IMG/VR virus record: IMGVR_UViG_3300036846_000488
Span: 17,257-81,256 of that record
Source: a virus
DNA: 64,000 nt
Strand: one strand, 5' to 3'
A program made the position numbers and the translations under genes. The notes below the pieces were generated by a model. The model saw only the letters and a list, made by a program, of their open reading frames with translations. It was not told where the DNA came from and did not search any database. This document shows, piece after piece, positions 61,653 through 64,000 of this stretch (position 1 is its first letter; each line of letters begins with the position of its first letter).

Positions 61653-62087
61653 TCAGCCGTTCTCGCTGAAAGGGATGTCCAGCCCCCGGTTGTTGAGCTC
61701 GACGGCGTTCCGGAACAGCACCATCACGTCACCGCGAGACCAGTCGTCTGAGTCCCAGATCGCCTTGGCTTGGACAGGAGACATCTCCGGGTCCACCGAG
61801 CAGGCCGCGATCAGCGCCGGCGCGAAGGAGTCGATGTCGAAGCTGGATCCCTCGGCTCGCTGCTCCGGCTTCGGCGGGTGCTTGGCCACCAGGCGGTCGT
61901 AGGCACGCATCCCGATCGCCTGGTACTTCAGAGTCACCTCGGTGCTCCCGCCGTCCTCATCGGAGAGGAACAGCGAGAACTCCGTGGTGGATCTGGGCTT
62001 GTTGACCAGCTGGTCCAGGGTGGCCCGCTTGGACTCCTGAGCCTGCTTCTGACGTGCCTCGACGGTCTTCGCGGTGGAGTTCGGCAT
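61653..62087 (-). CDS. Tail assembly chaperone
   Basis: L.A.HPP...F.PALIAAC...W..G....LF; between the major tail and tape measure genes. Confidence 0.87.
   Translation of the reverse strand: MPNSTAKTVEARQKQAQESKRATLDQLVNKPRSTTEFSLFLSDEDGGSTEVTLKYQAIGMRAYDRLVAKHPPKPEQRAEGSSFDIDSFAPALIAACSVDPEMSPVQAKAIWDSDDWSRGDVMVLFRNAVELNNRGLDIPFSENG
61668..61674 (-). other. Programmed -1 frameshift heptamer C CCT TTC
   Basis: X XXY YYZ in the zero frame; -1 frame reads FQRERLRKDRNFYLEM into the downstream ORF. Confidence 0.85.
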
Positions 62088-62133
62088 CGGTCGCTTCCTG
62101 TGGTGGGGTGTAGTCGATCCGATGCTAGACCCC

Positions 62134-62607
62134 TCAGGCGACGGTGTACGCCTCGTCCGGCTCGACGTTGACCGAGCAGGAGGCGGTGAACGTGAGCACT
62201 GTGTTGGAGCTCATGTTCGCCATCGTCCGCGACGTGATCATCACGGTCCAGACCTCGACCTCATCGCCGGCCACCGGCAGGTTGTCGGTACCGCTGCCAC
62301 CGAACCGGGCGATGACGAACGTTCCTCGGGTGCCTCGCGGCAGGGTCTCCCAGGCGATGTCGTCCACGTCGTCGCGGTAGAAGTCAGCGTCGAAGGTCGC
62401 CGCCGAGGTACCAGCGGTGCTGGTCTCGAACAGCGAGTCGAAGCTGGGGGTCGGCACCGTGTTGCCACGAGACGATGCGTTGAGACTGATGCAGTAACCA
62501 GTCAGATCGATGCACGCCGCGATCTGCGCAACGGTGGGGGCTTGGTCGGTGATCGCGGCAGGAGTGAACCCGATCCATGTGTTCTCATTCGGGATGATGC
62601 GTGGCAT
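62134..62607 (-). CDS. Major tail protein
   Basis: APT......DLT...G..V..RF.......GDEVEVW pattern; position. Confidence 0.85.
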   Translation of the reverse strand: MPRIIPNENTWIGFTPAAITDQAPTVAQIAACIDLTGYCISLNASSRGNTVPTPSFDSLFETSTAGTSAATFDADFYRDDVDDIAWETLPRGTRGTFVIARFGGSGTDNLPVAGDEVEVWTVMITSRTMANMSSNTVLTFTASCSVNVEPDEAYTVA

Positions 62608-62610
62608 CGG

Positions 62611-62808
62611 TCAGGCCTTCCTCGTGGTCGTCTTCTTCGCAGGAGCGGCTTGAGTCTCGATCGGATTCTCGGTGACCGCAGCCTCTTCCTCGCTACTTCC
62701 ATCATCTGCAACCGTCCAGCCGCGACGCTCGTACGCCTTGACCGACTCCTTCAGACAGAAGCCCTCGATGCCGTCCTTCTCGATCTTGATCTGCTCTGCT
62801 CGTGGCAT
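62611..62808 (-). CDS. Small hypothetical virion-operon protein
   Basis: ESV..Y...GW motif, PAKK tail. Confidence 0.65.
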   Translation of the reverse strand: MPRAEQIKIEKDGIEGFCLKESVKAYERRGWTVADDGSSEEEAAVTENPIETQAAPAKKTTTRKA

Positions 62809-62811
62809 GTC

Positions 62812-63279
62812 CTATCCCTTCGTGACCCAGACCTCGAACGAGTCTGCTTGAGTGAAGTAGTCCGGATAGGCGGAGCCGATCCGGCTGGTGTTCCCGATGG
62901 AGGTGCAGGTGGTCTTCTGGATCCGCCAGTCACCAGTCGGAGTAGTGATGGACTCCCTGGCGATGTTCGTCAGGTTCATCCTCATCCGGTCCGCCAACGC
63001 CTCCGTCTGCTTCCTGGAGATGCCGGCATAGACCACCGAGTAGGCCAACCGCCACTCGGACTGACTGTCGCCCAACGCTCCACCAGGAGCCTGGAGCGTG
63101 GCTGCACCAGGCGACAGAGAGAGCCACGGGGTGAAGGTGGTCCCGGGCTCGTTCGGCTCCCCCTGCCACCCGTAGGGCGCGACCGGCTGGGCGTTGTCGC
63201 CCACCGGGAACCCTTCGATCGCCAGCTCGTCCAGGAGACGGCTGGTGATCGGACCTCGGGAGATGGAGCTAGGGGCCAT
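62812..63279 (-). CDS. Tail terminator
   Basis: VGD..P...W.G; Y.V...G..R.Q.E..AD; position. Confidence 0.72.
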   Translation of the reverse strand: MAPSSISRGPITSRLLDELAIEGFPVGDNAQPVAPYGWQGEPNEPGTTFTPWLSLSPGAATLQAPGGALGDSQSEWRLAYSVVYAGISRKQTEALADRMRMNLTNIARESITTPTGDWRIQKTTCTSIGNTSRIGSAYPDYFTQADSFEVWVTKG

Positions 63280-63730
63280 TTTCTTGGATCACCTTCACGT
63301 TGGCTTCTGCTGCCATCGTCCCAAGGGAGTCCACCCATGCCTCAAACGCAGGGCGGACGTAGGGCTGCGGTTTGGTCCCTGGGTGGTGCACCTTCTTGGC
63401 GTAGACCGTCATCCCGTTCATCTTGAAGACCAGTACTCCACCCGGGTTCTTGGGCTCGATGATGTGTGGTCCGGTCCCGAACTCCACGTACCCGGCGTAC
63501 GGAGCGACGGCCTCGTTGGGGCCGATGGTCACCTTGTTGGTGTCCACCCGGATCGCCAGAGATCCGCGCAGCTTCCCGGACTTCACCGGGACCCGGACCT
63601 CCATCTCCGCCAGGATCTGGTTGGCCGCCTGGACCAGCACCTGGTGGGTGGTCACCTGGGACTGCTGAGCGGTCTGCCGGAGCGCATCCGCCAGCTTGGA
63701 GATGTCTGCCTGTCCGACGACTGGCATCAC
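63269..63730 (-). CDS. HK97 gp10-like neck protein
   Basis: PV.SG.LR.S...YA.YVEFGT...HPGT.PQPY.RPA. Confidence 0.88.
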   Translation of the reverse strand: MMPVVGQADISKLADALRQTAQQSQVTTHQVLVQAANQILAEMEVRVPVKSGKLRGSLAIRVDTNKVTIGPNEAVAPYAGYVEFGTGPHIIEPKNPGGVLVFKMNGMTVYAKKVHHPGTKPQPYVRPAFEAWVDSLGTMAAEANVKVIQENGP

Positions 63731-64000
63731 ATCAACCCGGTGACCTCGAACCTGCGCGTAGCGCGCAGCTCGCCGGCCTTGGCGATGGTCTGGATCTCGT
63801 ACCGCTTCCCCAGCATCTGGTCGTCGGTGGGCGCGGTCAGGATGGTCACCTGGTCGTAGCGCTTGATCTCGACCGCGGTGTCCCAGGGGATCGAGAGGTT
63901 GGTGTTCATCTGGTAGATATCGGCGTCCCCGACCACCACGGACTGAGCCGAGGTGACCTCCCAGATCCGGCAGCGGCCCTCGTAGAGGACGGTGGCCACT
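63727..64000 (-). CDS. Head-tail adaptor/stopper (5' end outside window)
   Basis: YEG.CRI...L.IP......D.V.I....D..L.G..Y.I. Confidence 0.7.
   Translation of the reverse strand, partial: VATVLYEGRCRIWEVTSAQSVVVGDADIYQMNTNLSIPWDTAVEIKRYDQVTILTAPTDDQMLGKRYEIQTIAKAGELRATRRFEVTGLM

Noticed and set aside
1-64000. Integrase, immunity repressor, lysin B, tRNA genes, reverse transcriptase/DGR
   Set aside because: No recognisable motifs in the window; absence is limited to this window and to by-eye detection

Overview
The window is most of the genome of a high-GC tailed phage (siphovirus-type), probably infecting an actinobacterium. Evidence for the host: a whiB gene, a DnaE-type polymerase, AGAAAGGA-type ribosome-binding sites (RBS), and no lysin B in the window. 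It looks like a slice of a circular or permuted genome with the portal/capsid genes outside it. The minus strand at 64000-50854 carries head-tail connectors, major tail protein, tail chaperones with a -1 frameshift, tape measure and tail tip genes. The plus strand at about 29.3-50.8 kb carries roughly 60 small early/accessory genes plus an AAA+ ATPase. The minus strand at 29.2 kb-1 carries helicase, primase, SSB, DnaE, HNH, Cas4-like nuclease, two EEP-family enzymes, RuvC, WhiB, a probable small terminase, tail fibres, lysis genes and terL (partial). No integrase, tRNA or CRISPR array was seen. The most striking unexplained signal is non-coding. Four near-consensus sigma-A promoters each fire into a 90-120 nt highly structured RNA ending in an intrinsic terminator before any gene. 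Two of these RNAs are built from repeated identical hairpin motifs (GC-CCCAY-GC loops; C-GAC-G triloops). The promoters share a TGTNGTRY motif that also clusters on the helicase promoter and over the start of a small ribbon-helix-helix gene. Further structured elements, some wrapped around unannotated 35-49 aa peptides, punctuate the early region. A short RVIP[TS]-like peptide motif recurs at the termini of several unrelated proteins. Family assignments are from motif recognition by eye, not database searches.
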